DNA from: a virus | Virus record (IMG/VR): IMGVR_UViG_3300038760_000073 | Coordinates: 1-64,000 of that record | Direction: 5' to 3' (one strand) | DNA: 64,000 nt | Shown here: positions 10,040 to 20,449 of the stretch, piece after piece | Layout: every line of letters begins with the position of its first letter | Numbering within the stretch: position 1 is the first letter of the stretch | Position numbers and translations under genes: made by a program | The notes under the pieces: generated by a model | Told to the model about the DNA's origin: nothing | Seen by the model: the letters and a program-made list of their open reading frames with translations, nothing else | The model's database searches: none

Positions 10040-10474
10040 TTAGTTAAGGTCTTTTTCTGTTAAAATTATAAATTCATAGCCCTTTTTCAGACTATACTTC
10101 TTAGCAGCTTCCCATTTAGCTGTATTAATTACATAAGCCCGTTGTTCATATATCAGATGAGACCTCTTTTTATATTTTGTTGTCGGCTTTTTTGTCTGTC
10201 TAGATGGTTTAATCTCTATTAGATATTTTTTAATATGTGTACCTTCTTTAATTACAACATAATTGTCTACAAAATACCTATGTATCTTGTTATCTAACGG
10301 GCTATAGTATGGTACTACGATATTTTCACTCCCCCATTTAATTACGTTTTCATTTAAATCACAGAACCTAAAAAATTTAAGCTCCAGTCCAGACCTAAAA
10401 ACAGCCTTGGTTCCAATAAATTTATTTGGATTTGTAGGTGTAAAAATACCCTGCCTGTATTTTTTGGATGCCAT
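10040..10474 (-). CDS. gp4: Head completion nuclease (TnsA-like)
   Basis: FRSGLELKFF, WGSE, PYYSPLDNKIHRYFVD, IEIKP, AKWEAA motifs. Confidence 0.93.
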   Translation of the reverse strand: MASKKYRQGIFTPTNPNKFIGTKAVFRSGLELKFFRFCDLNENVIKWGSENIVVPYYSPLDNKIHRYFVDNYVVIKEGTHIKKYLIEIKPSRQTKKPTTKYKKRSHLIYEQRAYVINTAKWEAAKKYSLKKGYEFIILTEKDLN

Positions 10475-10495
10475 TCTATTAATAAGTAATTAAAA

Positions 10496-11650
10496 CTAAC
10501 CGACAAGAAATTCAACTGGGTCACCATCCCCAAATCCTGCTGATGCACCTTCCAGCAACTTTGTTTCTAAAGCCTCTTTTCGAGTTAGCCCTTCATTAAT
10601 CATATCATAGTTTAAAGTACCACCCCCTAAGAGATTTACACCAGTAAACTTACCTCTCACTCTACCAATAGTAACCATAGTTAGTGCTAATACATACTCA
10701 TATACCCACTGCTCTTTAATTATATCACGAATAGGTCGTTCCACATAGCTTGATATTACACCATAGAACCTACTATTGGGTTTAGGTTGAGGATACATCT
10801 GCATGTATTGTGTTCGAGGATCAAATTTAAGATCCCTTCTAGTAGCTAATACTTTCTCACGAGTATCAATCCACTCCTTTAATGTGTACCAAGATACCAG
10901 ATCGAACCCATAGTTACCCATAGCGTAAGAAAAATATGTTTGCTGAGCCATTGTTTGCTCCAGCGTGAATAGAGTATTAATGCCACTAGATGAACCTTCT
11001 TCAAAATCTGTTACATCAACAACCTTTCTATAGTCCATTACATCATAATCGAATACATTTTGAAATGTTATAGCTTCAGATGATATTCCTTGATATGATA
11101 ACGTCTTTCTTACATTCTCAGTAAAGTTAGCGGTTAATGATTGATTGAATGATGTAATTGATCCATATAATGTACTATCGAACACCTCAAACTGAGCTAT
11201 ACCGTCAGAAAATGTAGCAGATAAAGCTGATGAACTAGAAAATTGTGTTCCTTGTACACTAGATGTTGTAACAAAAATGGTCTCTGGTGTTTCACCATAA
11301 AACTGTGAACCAGGACCTAGAGGGTTTGTGCCGGCTACCTTCTGTGCGTTGGTCTCTAAGTCAGTATTTGCTAATGTATATAACAGATCAAGCCTAATAC
11401 CTCTTTTATGTTCATATAAGTTTGAATCAAAAATTAAATATTCTTGAGTAAAACCTGCATATTTAGTAAAATACTCTACCGCAATTTGTATATTTTCTCG
11501 AAGTTGGTCAGTATGAATTTCGAGCGAGATTAGCGGCCAGCCTAAAGACCTCTTAACCCTATCACCCAGTCTATCATAGGTGTCTATCTTATTATTAAGG
11601 TTTGTTGATAAAAAAGCAGATAGGGGTGTTATTTCACAAACAGCTGGCAT
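10496..11650 (-). CDS. gp13: Neck protein
   Basis: RSLGWPLISLEI, WVYEYVLAL, GKFTGVNLLGGGTLN motifs. Confidence 0.85.
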   Translation of the reverse strand: MPAVCEITPLSAFLSTNLNNKIDTYDRLGDRVKRSLGWPLISLEIHTDQLRENIQIAVEYFTKYAGFTQEYLIFDSNLYEHKRGIRLDLLYTLANTDLETNAQKVAGTNPLGPGSQFYGETPETIFVTTSSVQGTQFSSSSALSATFSDGIAQFEVFDSTLYGSITSFNQSLTANFTENVRKTLSYQGISSEAITFQNVFDYDVMDYRKVVDVTDFEEGSSSGINTLFTLEQTMAQQTYFSYAMGNYGFDLVSWYTLKEWIDTREKVLATRRDLKFDPRTQYMQMYPQPKPNSRFYGVISSYVERPIRDIIKEQWVYEYVLALTMVTIGRVRGKFTGVNLLGGGTLNYDMINEGLTRKEALETKLLEGASAGFGDGDPVEFLVG

Positions 11651-11691
11651 GAGTATATTTATTCAAATTTGTGTTATATACTGAATAATTA

Positions 11692-13476
11692 TTACTCTAT
11701 AGGCTCTACATCAACCGGCTCTTCATCTATTTCTAATTCAACATCTCCCTCTGCAGCTGGACCACCACCGAATTCAGGTATACCCTCCAAACCACCTCCA
11801 CCTCCTAGATCACCACCCATATCTTCACCTTCAGTAGCACCTAAATTACCTGCTGCTAGCTGCTCTTTCCATGCAGGGCCGGCTGCTTGAATTTGCGATA
11901 GCTCCCATTGCATCTCTGCATCTTTTCTAAGAAACTCTCTATTTGCAAGTATGTCTCTATCCTTCCATCCAAGATATTTCTTCTGCGCATATGTAGCGCT
12001 TACAAATTCATTTGATGCTAAGTTGTTAAAGTTAGTAGCTTTAAGTTCTAACCGCTGACTCTCTCTGAGTTCGAAAAAATTTGTAGGGACATTAAAAATT
12101 ATATCGAAATTTGTTTCACTAAGATCATACTTATCCCACATATTTCTTAATTTAAGGTGGGTAATAAATCCTTTCTTAATACCGGCAGCGAAACGTTGCT
12201 GCTGTCGTATAACAAATTTAGCAAATTTTAACTCTTCTCGTAACGTGGTTGATGTATCGACTGTGCGATCTTCTGGATCGATTCTGGTGGTGGGTACCTT
12301 TAATGCTTTATAAAGTTTCTTAATAAAATACATTAGATCGGCTAACTCGCCTAGGTTCGCACCACCTGGTAATTGTGTTACAGATGTACCTTCAGATCCT
12401 TGTCTTTTGGCGAACCAAAATGCATCAAGCATGGATTGAGGGTTAAACTTTTTAACCACGTCACTTTGATCCATATCAAATGTTTTTCTAGACCAGTAAT
12501 TTTGTATAAGCTTTCTAAGATACGCTTCGGCCTTTGGTGGTGCCATGTTACCGACATCAACATTGAACACCAATCGCTCCGGAGCGCGCACAAGTCTGTA
12601 AATAACAATAGCGTCCTCAATTAATGATAACTGTCGGAACGGTCTACGAGCGTTTTCTAAAAATGGTGTAACAAATTCTTTTGTTTCGTTATAAACACCT
12701 GAATTAATATATACGATTTGATTTGAATCCATAGGGATAAAATCATACCGTTCAACTTTATTTGGTTGAGTCTCACTAAAGATAGGTTTTTTGTAAATAT
12801 AACCTTTAACAAGCATATTTTGTATATTATTGTATACCGGGTCTATAAGCTCTGCCGGCAAATTTATCGACCCTAATACACCTTCATGAGTATATTCATC
12901 ATGCAAAATAAGCTCAAAAAATACTTCACCTTCAATTAAAAGCTGTCTAAAATACTGCCAACCTTTTTGTTTAAGGTCGAATAAATCTATAAACTTATAA
13001 AATTCATCTTCAACATTTTTTTTATCAGCAACATCTAAATCAATATTCTCAAAATTAATTTTAGCTATTTCACCTACATCATTTTCGTTAATAGTTTCGT
13101 CACATATTTCATCTAAAGCTTCAGCAACCTCCGAGTAAGCGGATATAATTCGATAGTCTCTAACACGACCAGTTTTATCCTCCTGCAGGTTTGCATACAT
13201 TATGTCTGCGAAGGACGAGTCCTTACCAAACTCACCGATCGCTACATTATTATAACTATTCGAAGATGAGACAGATGTTTTCGCTAAAGCTTCTGCGCGA
13301 CGACCTCCCGTTTTATTAAAATATTTATATTTGGGATTTAGACTATCATCATCCTTAACGGTGTTGGTATATGGCAGCCTGTTCTGTATATATTGAACTA
13401 GATTTCTACCGAATGTAGAAGATTTACCATCGTTACTCACGTAAGAACGATTTTGATTAGGAGATGTATCTGCCAT
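11692..13476 (-). CDS. gp20: Portal protein
   Basis: EDAIVIYRLVRAPERLVFNVDVGNM, LPGGANLGELADLMYF, REELKFAKFV motifs. Confidence 0.97.
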   Translation of the reverse strand: MADTSPNQNRSYVSNDGKSSTFGRNLVQYIQNRLPYTNTVKDDDSLNPKYKYFNKTGGRRAEALAKTSVSSSNSYNNVAIGEFGKDSSFADIMYANLQEDKTGRVRDYRIISAYSEVAEALDEICDETINENDVGEIAKINFENIDLDVADKKNVEDEFYKFIDLFDLKQKGWQYFRQLLIEGEVFFELILHDEYTHEGVLGSINLPAELIDPVYNNIQNMLVKGYIYKKPIFSETQPNKVERYDFIPMDSNQIVYINSGVYNETKEFVTPFLENARRPFRQLSLIEDAIVIYRLVRAPERLVFNVDVGNMAPPKAEAYLRKLIQNYWSRKTFDMDQSDVVKKFNPQSMLDAFWFAKRQGSEGTSVTQLPGGANLGELADLMYFIKKLYKALKVPTTRIDPEDRTVDTSTTLREELKFAKFVIRQQQRFAAGIKKGFITHLKLRNMWDKYDLSETNFDIIFNVPTNFFELRESQRLELKATNFNNLASNEFVSATYAQKKYLGWKDRDILANREFLRKDAEMQWELSQIQAAGPAWKEQLAAGNLGATEGEDMGGDLGGGGGLEGIPEFGGGPAAEGDVELEIDEEPVDVEPIE

Positions 13477-13494
13477 TGTATGTTATAATGTTAT

Positions 13495-14622
13495 TTATTC
13501 TGCGGTAAAGTATAAACCACTTATACTACTCGACGATCCCCATCCAGCTGGATTTTTAACTATAATATCAAAATTTCCGGAGCCGGATAGGTAAGGTATA
13601 TTTATTGTTAACACCTCATCATTTAGTATTTTATAGTTATTTGGATCAACAACAAATCCGGAGACCGGTCCCGTATATGTTGTGTCTATAGCTGTAAAAT
13701 TATTTGTTAATGATGTGTTGTTTGCACTCAATAAGATGAGATCTGTTTTGAGAAAATTCGTACCGAGTATATTATAATTATACATATTATACGCAGACAC
13801 GTGCTTATTCAATGTTATAGGATTGATAACATCTAAAACTGTGCCGGTTGTAGTATGGTATATATTTGTAATACTAGGTATCGCTGATAGTATAAATGTG
13901 TCTATATCACACTCTGCTGTTAGACTATTAAAAAAGTTTTCATAATCTAGGGTGGTCAGCGGTTGTGTTAAATTATAATTTTTGGATGAATTAATAAAGT
14001 TTTGCTCAATAAAGTAAATTGGTGCAGAGGCTGTATTTTTATTTCTAAATAACCAACCCTTTATTGTAAAGTTGGTATCTGCAACAACTCTGAATTTATC
14101 TGTGTAGGTTAGGTCTGTAGGTTGATTTAATGATATGCTTTGGCTCCATTCAACTTCAGTTCTAATTTCTACAGTATCACCTGTTTCAGATGGCTCTTTC
14201 CACGCTATGATAATATATGGATTTGAATACGGAACAAAATTTGTTAATATTTGCTCCATATCCTGCATATATCTAGATATTATTGAAAAATTAACCTCCA
14301 AATTAATAGGTACAGGCATCCGTATTTCTGTACTATCTGTAGAATTTGTGTAGTTGTATATGTTATTAATCTTATTAAACACCCTGTCTTTATCATATGA
14401 TACAGATGTTAGATCTATAGCAACTACTGGTAAAGTAAGGTTTTGTGCTTTGTTAACAATGTCATACATCACTCGCTGTTTAGGCGCAAAAACATACCTA
14501 ACTTCGACATTTTGTCGAGCATTATTATTTTTATCGTATCTCTTAATGACTGTATCATCAAATGCTGCCACAAATTGTGTAAGCATATCTTTGATTTCAA
14601 ACGAATATGTATAGTTTTTGAT
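13495..14622 (-). CDS. gp15: Tail sheath stabiliser/terminator
   Basis: FAPKQR, LPVVAIDLTSVSYD, PVPINLEVNFSI, MEQIL, FTIKGWLF motifs. Frame stays open upstream of Met 14586 (KNYTYSFEIKD); start uncertain. Confidence 0.8.
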   Translation of the reverse strand: MKNYTYSFEIKDMLTQFVAAFDDTVIKRYDKNNNARQNVEVRYVFAPKQRVMYDIVNKAQNLTLPVVAIDLTSVSYDKDRVFNKINNIYNYTNSTDSTEIRMPVPINLEVNFSIISRYMQDMEQILTNFVPYSNPYIIIAWKEPSETGDTVEIRTEVEWSQSISLNQPTDLTYTDKFRVVADTNFTIKGWLFRNKNTASAPIYFIEQNFINSSKNYNLTQPLTTLDYENFFNSLTAECDIDTFILSAIPSITNIYHTTTGTVLDVINPITLNKHVSAYNMYNYNILGTNFLKTDLILLSANNTSLTNNFTAIDTTYTGPVSGFVVDPNNYKILNDEVLTINIPYLSGSGNFDIIVKNPAGWGSSSSISGLYFTAE

Positions 14623-14633
14623 ACATATATTTA

Positions 14634-16268
14634 TTACAAAAATCTCTCAATAAAATATTTTGGTAATTTATGCCTATTTTTAATGATATTTTCTGTAATT
14701 GCACCGTCTAAAATATAAGTTATACAATAGTCTTTCTTCGATCTAATACCCCTACCGCATGATTGAATTAAGGTACAGAGCATTTTATTTTGATACCAAT
14801 TAAAATTATCCTTCATTAACCTCTCAATTCTAACATCCTTAGTTGGTAGAAAGGGAGCCTTAACAATAATTTGAAACCGAGCTAAATCATCCTTTAAATC
14901 TACCCCAAATGTCATTGATGGTGATATGAGAACAGTTGGGTCATCTGTTGAAGTATGTTGTTCTAAGATATCCTCATTTCTCACTCCAGGTTCCCGAATT
15001 AAGAACCTGTCTGATGTTAATTCGTTCGCTATACCTTTGGTAATAGTATTATTATGTGTATGTATAATGCCCTTATCATTTTTATGGTGATCACATATTT
15101 CTACGATCTGCTTTATAACTTTAGGTAAATTATTTTTAAGATTATAATAATTTAATTTAAATTTAGTGTTACAAACGATAGGTGCATTTTTAGGCTCAAA
15201 TGTAGATTCAGCCTCCACATATTTAAAGTTATCAATACCGAGTGATTTGCAAAAATTGTCGGGGTCAATAATTGTAGCTGACATCAATATAACACCATCC
15301 GCATAATCAAACAGCTTGTGGGCTAGCTTATTTACCTTAAGTGGCATAAAGGTTACCCCCTCACGATCTCTATCAAAGACATATTCTGACTCGCTCCATG
15401 ATTCTATAACGAGGTTAATCCTACTATGAATGTTGCGAAGTCTAATTATCTCACCCTTGAGGTCAATTAACATCCGCTTATTTGATGTACCTTTTTTGGC
15501 TATTAATAAATCCTTAATATTATTAATTCTTTCATTGATATTTGCAGATAAGGTATTTAACCATTTATAGCCATCCGTCCTACTAGTATAGGGTGTGTAA
15601 TCGATATTAGAACTTTTAATAACTTTATATTCTACTTTACATGAGAACTCCTTAACTAACTGATCTTCAAGTTCTGAGGCTTCATCACATATTAAAAACT
15701 GTCTCTTCTTAAGGTGTTCTGGTAAAGCGAAGAACATACTATAATTAAGCGTATTAAACTGTGCAGTTAGTGTAGTATTTCTCTGCTCATAATATGGGCA
15801 GCATTTTTTTGCCCAACACTCCTCTTTTATTTTTGGTAAGTGTAAGCAAGGAGCTACTTCAACCGAAAAGTTAGGATCTATCGCACATTGATAATTTGAT
15901 TTACCTTTAAGAACTTCAACATCATTAAAAAGCTCTTTATATTGATCCTGAAGAGATTTGGTAATTGTTAAGGCAGTACAACCAAATGATGGCTCTTCTT
16001 CACACTCATCACTATGTACGTATCCTCCACCATGCATCTGCCTATAGGCAAGATATGAAGTAATTACATCTCTAAAATTATTAGAACATTTTTTCGATAT
16101 GTTACCTACAGTCTTCGAAATGAATGATTTACCACTCCCAGTCGGCGCATTACACACCACAAACTTATAACCATCATTAAATGCTTTATCTATACAACTA
16201 AGAAGCTCAACTTGTTGAGAATTAGGAGTATACTTAGGCGGGAAATGAGTTAATATATTAGGTATCAC
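14634..16268 (-). CDS. DinG/XPD-like SF2 helicase with Fe-S cysteines
   Basis: APTGSGKS, DEAS, MSAT, QSCGRGIRS motifs; four-Cys cluster CAID..PC..EC..CPYY. Confidence 0.9.
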   Translation of the reverse strand: MIPNILTHFPPKYTPNSQQVELLSCIDKAFNDGYKFVVCNAPTGSGKSFISKTVGNISKKCSNNFRDVITSYLAYRQMHGGGYVHSDECEEEPSFGCTALTITKSLQDQYKELFNDVEVLKGKSNYQCAIDPNFSVEVAPCLHLPKIKEECWAKKCCPYYEQRNTTLTAQFNTLNYSMFFALPEHLKKRQFLICDEASELEDQLVKEFSCKVEYKVIKSSNIDYTPYTSRTDGYKWLNTLSANINERINNIKDLLIAKKGTSNKRMLIDLKGEIIRLRNIHSRINLVIESWSESEYVFDRDREGVTFMPLKVNKLAHKLFDYADGVILMSATIIDPDNFCKSLGIDNFKYVEAESTFEPKNAPIVCNTKFKLNYYNLKNNLPKVIKQIVEICDHHKNDKGIIHTHNNTITKGIANELTSDRFLIREPGVRNEDILEQHTSTDDPTVLISPSMTFGVDLKDDLARFQIIVKAPFLPTKDVRIERLMKDNFNWYQNKMLCTLIQSCGRGIRSKKDYCITYILDGAITENIIKNRHKLPKYFIERFL

Positions 16269-16274
16269 ATATAC

Positions 16275-16302
16275 ATTATATGCCCTACTCTGCAGAAGTC
16301 AA
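16275..16302 (-). promoter_or_regulatory. Sigma70-type early promoter
   Basis: TTGACT-N16-TATAAT-N6-GTG. Confidence 0.75.
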
Positions 16303-16629
16303 TATGTATACGAAATTATTATACAATTTAGATGTTTGTGATAGATCTAGAAACTTTGACTGTAATATTAGATCACTATCTTTTAAAAACGAGCTCAATT
16401 TATAATTAAACACTGTTATATTATCTATTTTTTCAACATTAAATGGGTATGGCATCTCGTACATTTTGAGATGACCATCTACTTCAATCATAAATCTAAT
16501 ATAATGTTGCTTTATTTGAAATATTTTAAATTTACCTTTCTTAAGAATCTTCTTATCTGTTCTTATTACAATATTTGATAATAGAAAGGGTTTAACATAA
16601 TTAGCTACATTTTCTAGACAGTTATTCAT
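16285..16629 (-). CDS. Hypothetical protein
   Basis: 114-aa ORF coupled to neighbours. Confidence 0.65.
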   Translation of the reverse strand: MNNCLENVANYVKPFLLSNIVIRTDKKILKKGKFKIFQIKQHYIRFMIEVDGHLKMYEMPYPFNVEKIDNITVFNYKLSSFLKDSDLILQSKFLDLSQTSKLYNNFVYILTSAE

Positions 16630-17003
16630 GTGTTCATAAAGTTTGCTTTTTGGTCACCGGACATTGGATATATATTATCATTAAAATATGTCCAAAATTC
16701 CTCTGATACCGGTATCTTTTCAATTAAATCGCATTGACCCATATTAATATTCCTATAATTCTGCATTAATATGTCCCACACATTAATAATGTTATCTTTA
16801 GCTTCATTAATTTGTGATGGGCGTGTAGGGGGCTTATAGTTAAGTGTAATTCTACCATTTGTAGAATTTAATAAACTATATGATTTTGTACAAAGCATGC
16901 GCCTGGTTGGTGGTGCACCTGCTTTGGGTATCTTTCTAACAAATCGAATATCACATACATTTGATAGAAGTATACTATCAAGAGTTGATCTTTGTACTAT
17001 CAC
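16626..17003 (-). CDS. SH3-barrel (DUF2693/WYL-like) phage protein
   Basis: IRFVRK..RRMLCT..VWDILMQNYRNI pattern. Confidence 0.6.
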   Translation of the reverse strand: MIVQRSTLDSILLSNVCDIRFVRKIPKAGAPPTRRMLCTKSYSLLNSTNGRITLNYKPPTRPSQINEAKDNIINVWDILMQNYRNINMGQCDLIEKIPVSEEFWTYFNDNIYPMSGDQKANFMNT

Positions 17004-17394
17004 TTTTTAATTTACAAATACCAAACAGCCTATCCTCATTTAAAAAGATACCTTTCTTAACCTTCCCGATACCTTCAACATCAATATTTGCTACAGTAAC
17101 TCCTAGGTTATTTGGAAAGATTACAATATCACCCACTTTAGCAGTTACAACTTTAGGACCTGCTAGTAGGATTTTAGCTTTACGCCAGGCTCGAGTAATA
17201 GCATTTGTTGGTACTACAATACCATTCCTCTCAATTTCACCTTCTTCCGTCTCATCAATATATTCTACTAGTAGAATATCATCAAAAATGGCAGACAATT
17301 CAAAGTCATCAGTAAGACCTACATCACCAGTACTATTCGGTGATAGATCAATTAAATGCTTTTCCGGTGTTAATTTATTAATATCTGCAGGCAT
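16978..17394 (-). CDS. GroES-like co-chaperonin (gp31-like)
   Basis: DILLVE..GIVVP..KILLAGP..KVGDIVIF..LNEDRLFG pattern. Confidence 0.8.
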   Translation of the reverse strand: MPADINKLTPEKHLIDLSPNSTGDVGLTDDFELSAIFDDILLVEYIDETEEGEIERNGIVVPTNAITRAWRKAKILLAGPKVVTAKVGDIVIFPNNLGVTVANIDVEGIGKVKKGIFLNEDRLFGICKLKSDSTKINS

Positions 17395-17424
17395 ATAAAT
17401 TATATATACCGACACTGCAGAATA

Positions 17425-17790
17425 TCAAGTCAGTTCATTTAAATATTGTTGCAACTCCCTAACCGAAATTTGGTTATTACTAGCAATAAGTGCTAGATTA
17501 TCAGTCTCTTCAGTTACAGCTTTTTTATTTTTCTTAATGTACTGTATACGTTTGAATTTAAGTCTAGGTATCAGGTAGTAGTATAGCTTATACATTTCCT
17601 GCTTACTTTCAAACAATGAGTGAAACTTATTTAAAGTCTCATTTGTAAAATTTACAGTATCTTTCCCGTAAAATGATAACCACCTATTAAAGAGAAATGG
17701 TACAAAGCTCTGCTCACCTTCTAGATCTAATACACCTGCGTCATCTTTTTTAGAAAAGAAAAGCTTATTTTGTGTTTGGAAGAAATTCAT
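17425..17790 (-). CDS. gp62: Clamp loader small subunit
   Basis: PFLFNRWLSF..NETLN..YYYLIPRLKFKRIQYIKK; start coupled by TAATG overlap. Confidence 0.75.
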   Translation of the reverse strand: MNFFQTQNKLFFSKKDDAGVLDLEGEQSFVPFLFNRWLSFYGKDTVNFTNETLNKFHSLFESKQEMYKLYYYLIPRLKFKRIQYIKKNKKAVTEETDNLALIASNNQISVRELQQYLNELT

Positions 17791-18371
17791 TATACCAAAA
17801 TTTTCGACGTCGCGACCCACTGATCCAACACTTCATTATTGAAATAATTAATTACAGATGTCATAAATGATTCAATTTGAGTATCGCTTAAATGTGTCGA
17901 ATATGCAAATCCCGGAGCTTTTCTACCAGCGTTAATATTAATACCAGTATGCCCGAGAGCTACGCTATCTTTACTATACGTAATAGATACACTTACTTTA
18001 CCAGAGTCTCTAACCTTATCATCTGACCCAATAAACTTATCCTGCACCATTAAATCATCACCATCAACTATAATTGGCATTGATAAAATATTAGACAAAA
18101 TATTTGCAATAGCTGTGTTAAATAATCTTTGAAAAGATACTGCACCTAAGGGGCACATATTTGGAATTTCCCAGCAAAAGTTAACTGCATCCTCAGAGTA
18201 AATATAGTCATTTGAGAGAGCATCCTCTAGATCAATTAAGTTATCACTCACATACATAGGCGCCCGAAATGCTATAATATTACCAACTGGACTTACTACC
18301 TTTTTAAAGAACTTATACGCGAACCTATCATGGATCAAATTACCTTCATACACTTGCTGACTAATAATCAT
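17790..18371 (-). CDS. DUF366 family protein (biotin/lipoate ligase-like fold)
   Basis: IIAFRAP, LIDLED, IYSEDAVNF, FQRL, GDDL, KVSVSI, HTGINI motifs. Confidence 0.75.
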   Translation of the reverse strand: MIISQQVYEGNLIHDRFAYKFFKKVVSPVGNIIAFRAPMYVSDNLIDLEDALSNDYIYSEDAVNFCWEIPNMCPLGAVSFQRLFNTAIANILSNILSMPIIVDGDDLMVQDKFIGSDDKVRDSGKVSVSITYSKDSVALGHTGININAGRKAPGFAYSTHLSDTQIESFMTSVINYFNNEVLDQWVATSKILV

Positions 18372-18379
18372 ATAGTGTA

Positions 18380-19405
18380 TTATATATACACTTGAGAATT
18401 AATCCAGGCAAATGTTGTCTCAATACCATATTTAAGAGATTGTGTTGGCTCCCAATTCATATGCTCCCTATATAAATTGTTATCAGAATTGCGGCCTCTG
18501 ACACCCTCCGGACACTCAAAACCATATTTATCAATAAAATCATTACCTGAGAGATTTTGTATTTTATTATCTTTACCGGCAGCATCTAAGGCCAATTGAG
18601 CGAGTTCATTGATAGAGACCATCTCTTCTGAACCAATATTAACAGGGCCTAAAAATTTATCTTGTCTCATAAATCTTAAAACTGCTTCCACACATTCATC
18701 TACATACAAAAAAGATCTAGTCTGTAGACCATCTCCCCAAACCTCAAGCCCTTCTCCTTCCTTAAGCTCAGCCGCTTTTCGACACATCGCAGCAGGAGCC
18801 TTTTCTTTACCACCTTGCCATGTACCCAACGGGCCGAAAATATTATGAAATCTCGCAATCCTAACATCTAATTTATGATTTTTACTAAATGCCAAATATA
18901 ATCTCTCACTAAATAATTTTTCCCAACCATATTCGCTATCCGGGCTGGCAGGATACGCGGATGATTCTTCACAATTTGGGTTATTTGGATCAAGTTGATT
19001 GTGCTCTGGATACATACACGCGCTTGAGGAATAAAAAACCTTACCAACCGTAAAGTTAACACATGCCTCAGCAACATTAAGATTAATTAATGCCGAATTA
19101 TGCATTATAGCTGCGTCGTTATTACCTGTAAAAATATAACCGGCTCCACCCATATCAGCTGCCAGTTGGTATACTTCATCAAATCCCCCACGTTGAGTTT
19201 GAGATTGATCCGGAGCAAAAAATACCTTACTCACTAGACTAGTATTTTTTAAATCGCCCAGTATAAATTCATCCGCATTCGACGATTCTTGATATTCCGG
19301 GTATTTTAAGTCGACGCCACGCACCCAATAACCTTCACTCTTCAATCTATTTACTAAATGATTGCCTATGAATCCACCGGCTCCTAATACTAAAGCTCTT
19401 TTCAT
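18380..19405 (-). CDS. GDP-mannose 3,5-epimerase-like NAD-dependent epimerase
   Basis: GAGGFIG, LAADMGGAGYI, SSSACMYP, YGWEK, GGKEKAPAAMCRK, GVRGRNSDN motifs. Confidence 0.92.
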   Translation of the reverse strand: MKRALVLGAGGFIGNHLVNRLKSEGYWVRGVDLKYPEYQESSNADEFILGDLKNTSLVSKVFFAPDQSQTQRGGFDEVYQLAADMGGAGYIFTGNNDAAIMHNSALINLNVAEACVNFTVGKVFYSSSACMYPEHNQLDPNNPNCEESSAYPASPDSEYGWEKLFSERLYLAFSKNHKLDVRIARFHNIFGPLGTWQGGKEKAPAAMCRKAAELKEGEGLEVWGDGLQTRSFLYVDECVEAVLRFMRQDKFLGPVNIGSEEMVSINELAQLALDAAGKDNKIQNLSGNDFIDKYGFECPEGVRGRNSDNNLYREHMNWEPTQSLKYGIETTFAWINSQVYI

Positions 19406-19429
19406 AATATATTTATATAAAATACCGAA

Positions 19430-19565
19430 TCAACTTCTATTACCCCTATAGCCACCCATCAAAGTTTTTCAGCTGGTATACATATATTTAGTAAATTATA
19501 ATCAACTATCAACACTATATTTATCTGATGGTTTAGAACTCCATCAACGTCTAATATTATTATAT
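19430..19565 (-). pseudogene. Remnant of HAD phosphatase (GmhB/KdsC-like)
   Basis: Minus strand 19563-19531 reads IIILDVDGVLN (HAD motif I) with no start codon and no intact ORF. Confidence 0.6.
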
Positions 19566-19577
19566 ATATAAAGTTTC

Positions 19578-20324
19578 TTAATTTGCAAGGTTGTGTATAT
19601 CTTCTTTAGTTAATACATATGTACCTAATTTTGTGACAGTATAACTAGCTAGTCTATTAGCTGTATGAATAGCTGATTTAATATTTTTATTCATACTAAA
19701 TTTATACACTAAAGCAGATAAGAAAACATCTCCAGCTCCACATACATCGTACACTTCTACTTTTTTTGTTTTATATATTTGATTCTTATAAAGTGCACCT
19801 TCACCGCCTAATGTTACTATCAGTTCGCAATTTTTGTTATAGTCTTCTAATGATTCATATTCAATATTATTAATTTTTATATAGCAATTGCTAAAGCACT
19901 TTAAATCTTTCTTTTTAGTATCTACAAAAATAGGAATATCTTTATAAAAAGTACAAATATATTTTGCTACATCGTAAGTAATAAAACCTTTATTATAATC
20001 ACTTATTACTACAATATCATAACCCTTCTGAAGTTTTTTTAATTCAAGTGGTTTAATATTTTTCTCTCCAATATCATATCTAATTAATTGCTGTCTATAA
20101 GTTAAATCAACTATTCTATGTTTCTCTATTTGTTCATTATTTTTTAAATGAGTAACGGCGGCGCCTAGACTCAATAAATTTTCATAAACATTCGAGCTCA
20201 TACCTTCTCTAGTTTCAAAATAATCTTCTTCTAATATAGGTACCGGTGCTTCTGGGTTTATACGCTTACATTTACCATAATGGTAAATATCTTTGCAACT
20301 ATCACCTATTAATAAAATTTTCAT
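19578..20324 (-). CDS. PfkB-family heptose-7-phosphate kinase (HldE kinase domain/HldA-like)
   Basis: IGDSCKD, RINPEAPVP, ISDYNKG, DVCGAGDVF motifs. Confidence 0.88.
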   Translation of the reverse strand: MKILLIGDSCKDIYHYGKCKRINPEAPVPILEEDYFETREGMSSNVYENLLSLGAAVTHLKNNEQIEKHRIVDLTYRQQLIRYDIGEKNIKPLELKKLQKGYDIVVISDYNKGFITYDVAKYICTFYKDIPIFVDTKKKDLKCFSNCYIKINNIEYESLEDYNKNCELIVTLGGEGALYKNQIYKTKKVEVYDVCGAGDVFLSALVYKFSMNKNIKSAIHTANRLASYTVTKLGTYVLTKEDIHNLAN

Positions 20325-20449
20325 ATTTTAGTTAGTTTATTAATAATATCACTACTAGCATGCTCTACTAGTCTAGGTAAAAATTTAATTTATTTAGCAT
20401 ATTTTTCACCTACTATATCTCTACCTTCCTAGTCACTACCCAATAACAT
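20321..20449 (-). pseudogene. C-terminal remnant of heptose adenylyltransferase (HldE domain II/HldC-like)
   Basis: Reads MLLGSD*EGRDIVGEKYAK*IKFLPRLVEHASSDIINKL with two in-frame stops; its TGA overlaps the kinase ATG. Confidence 0.75.
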
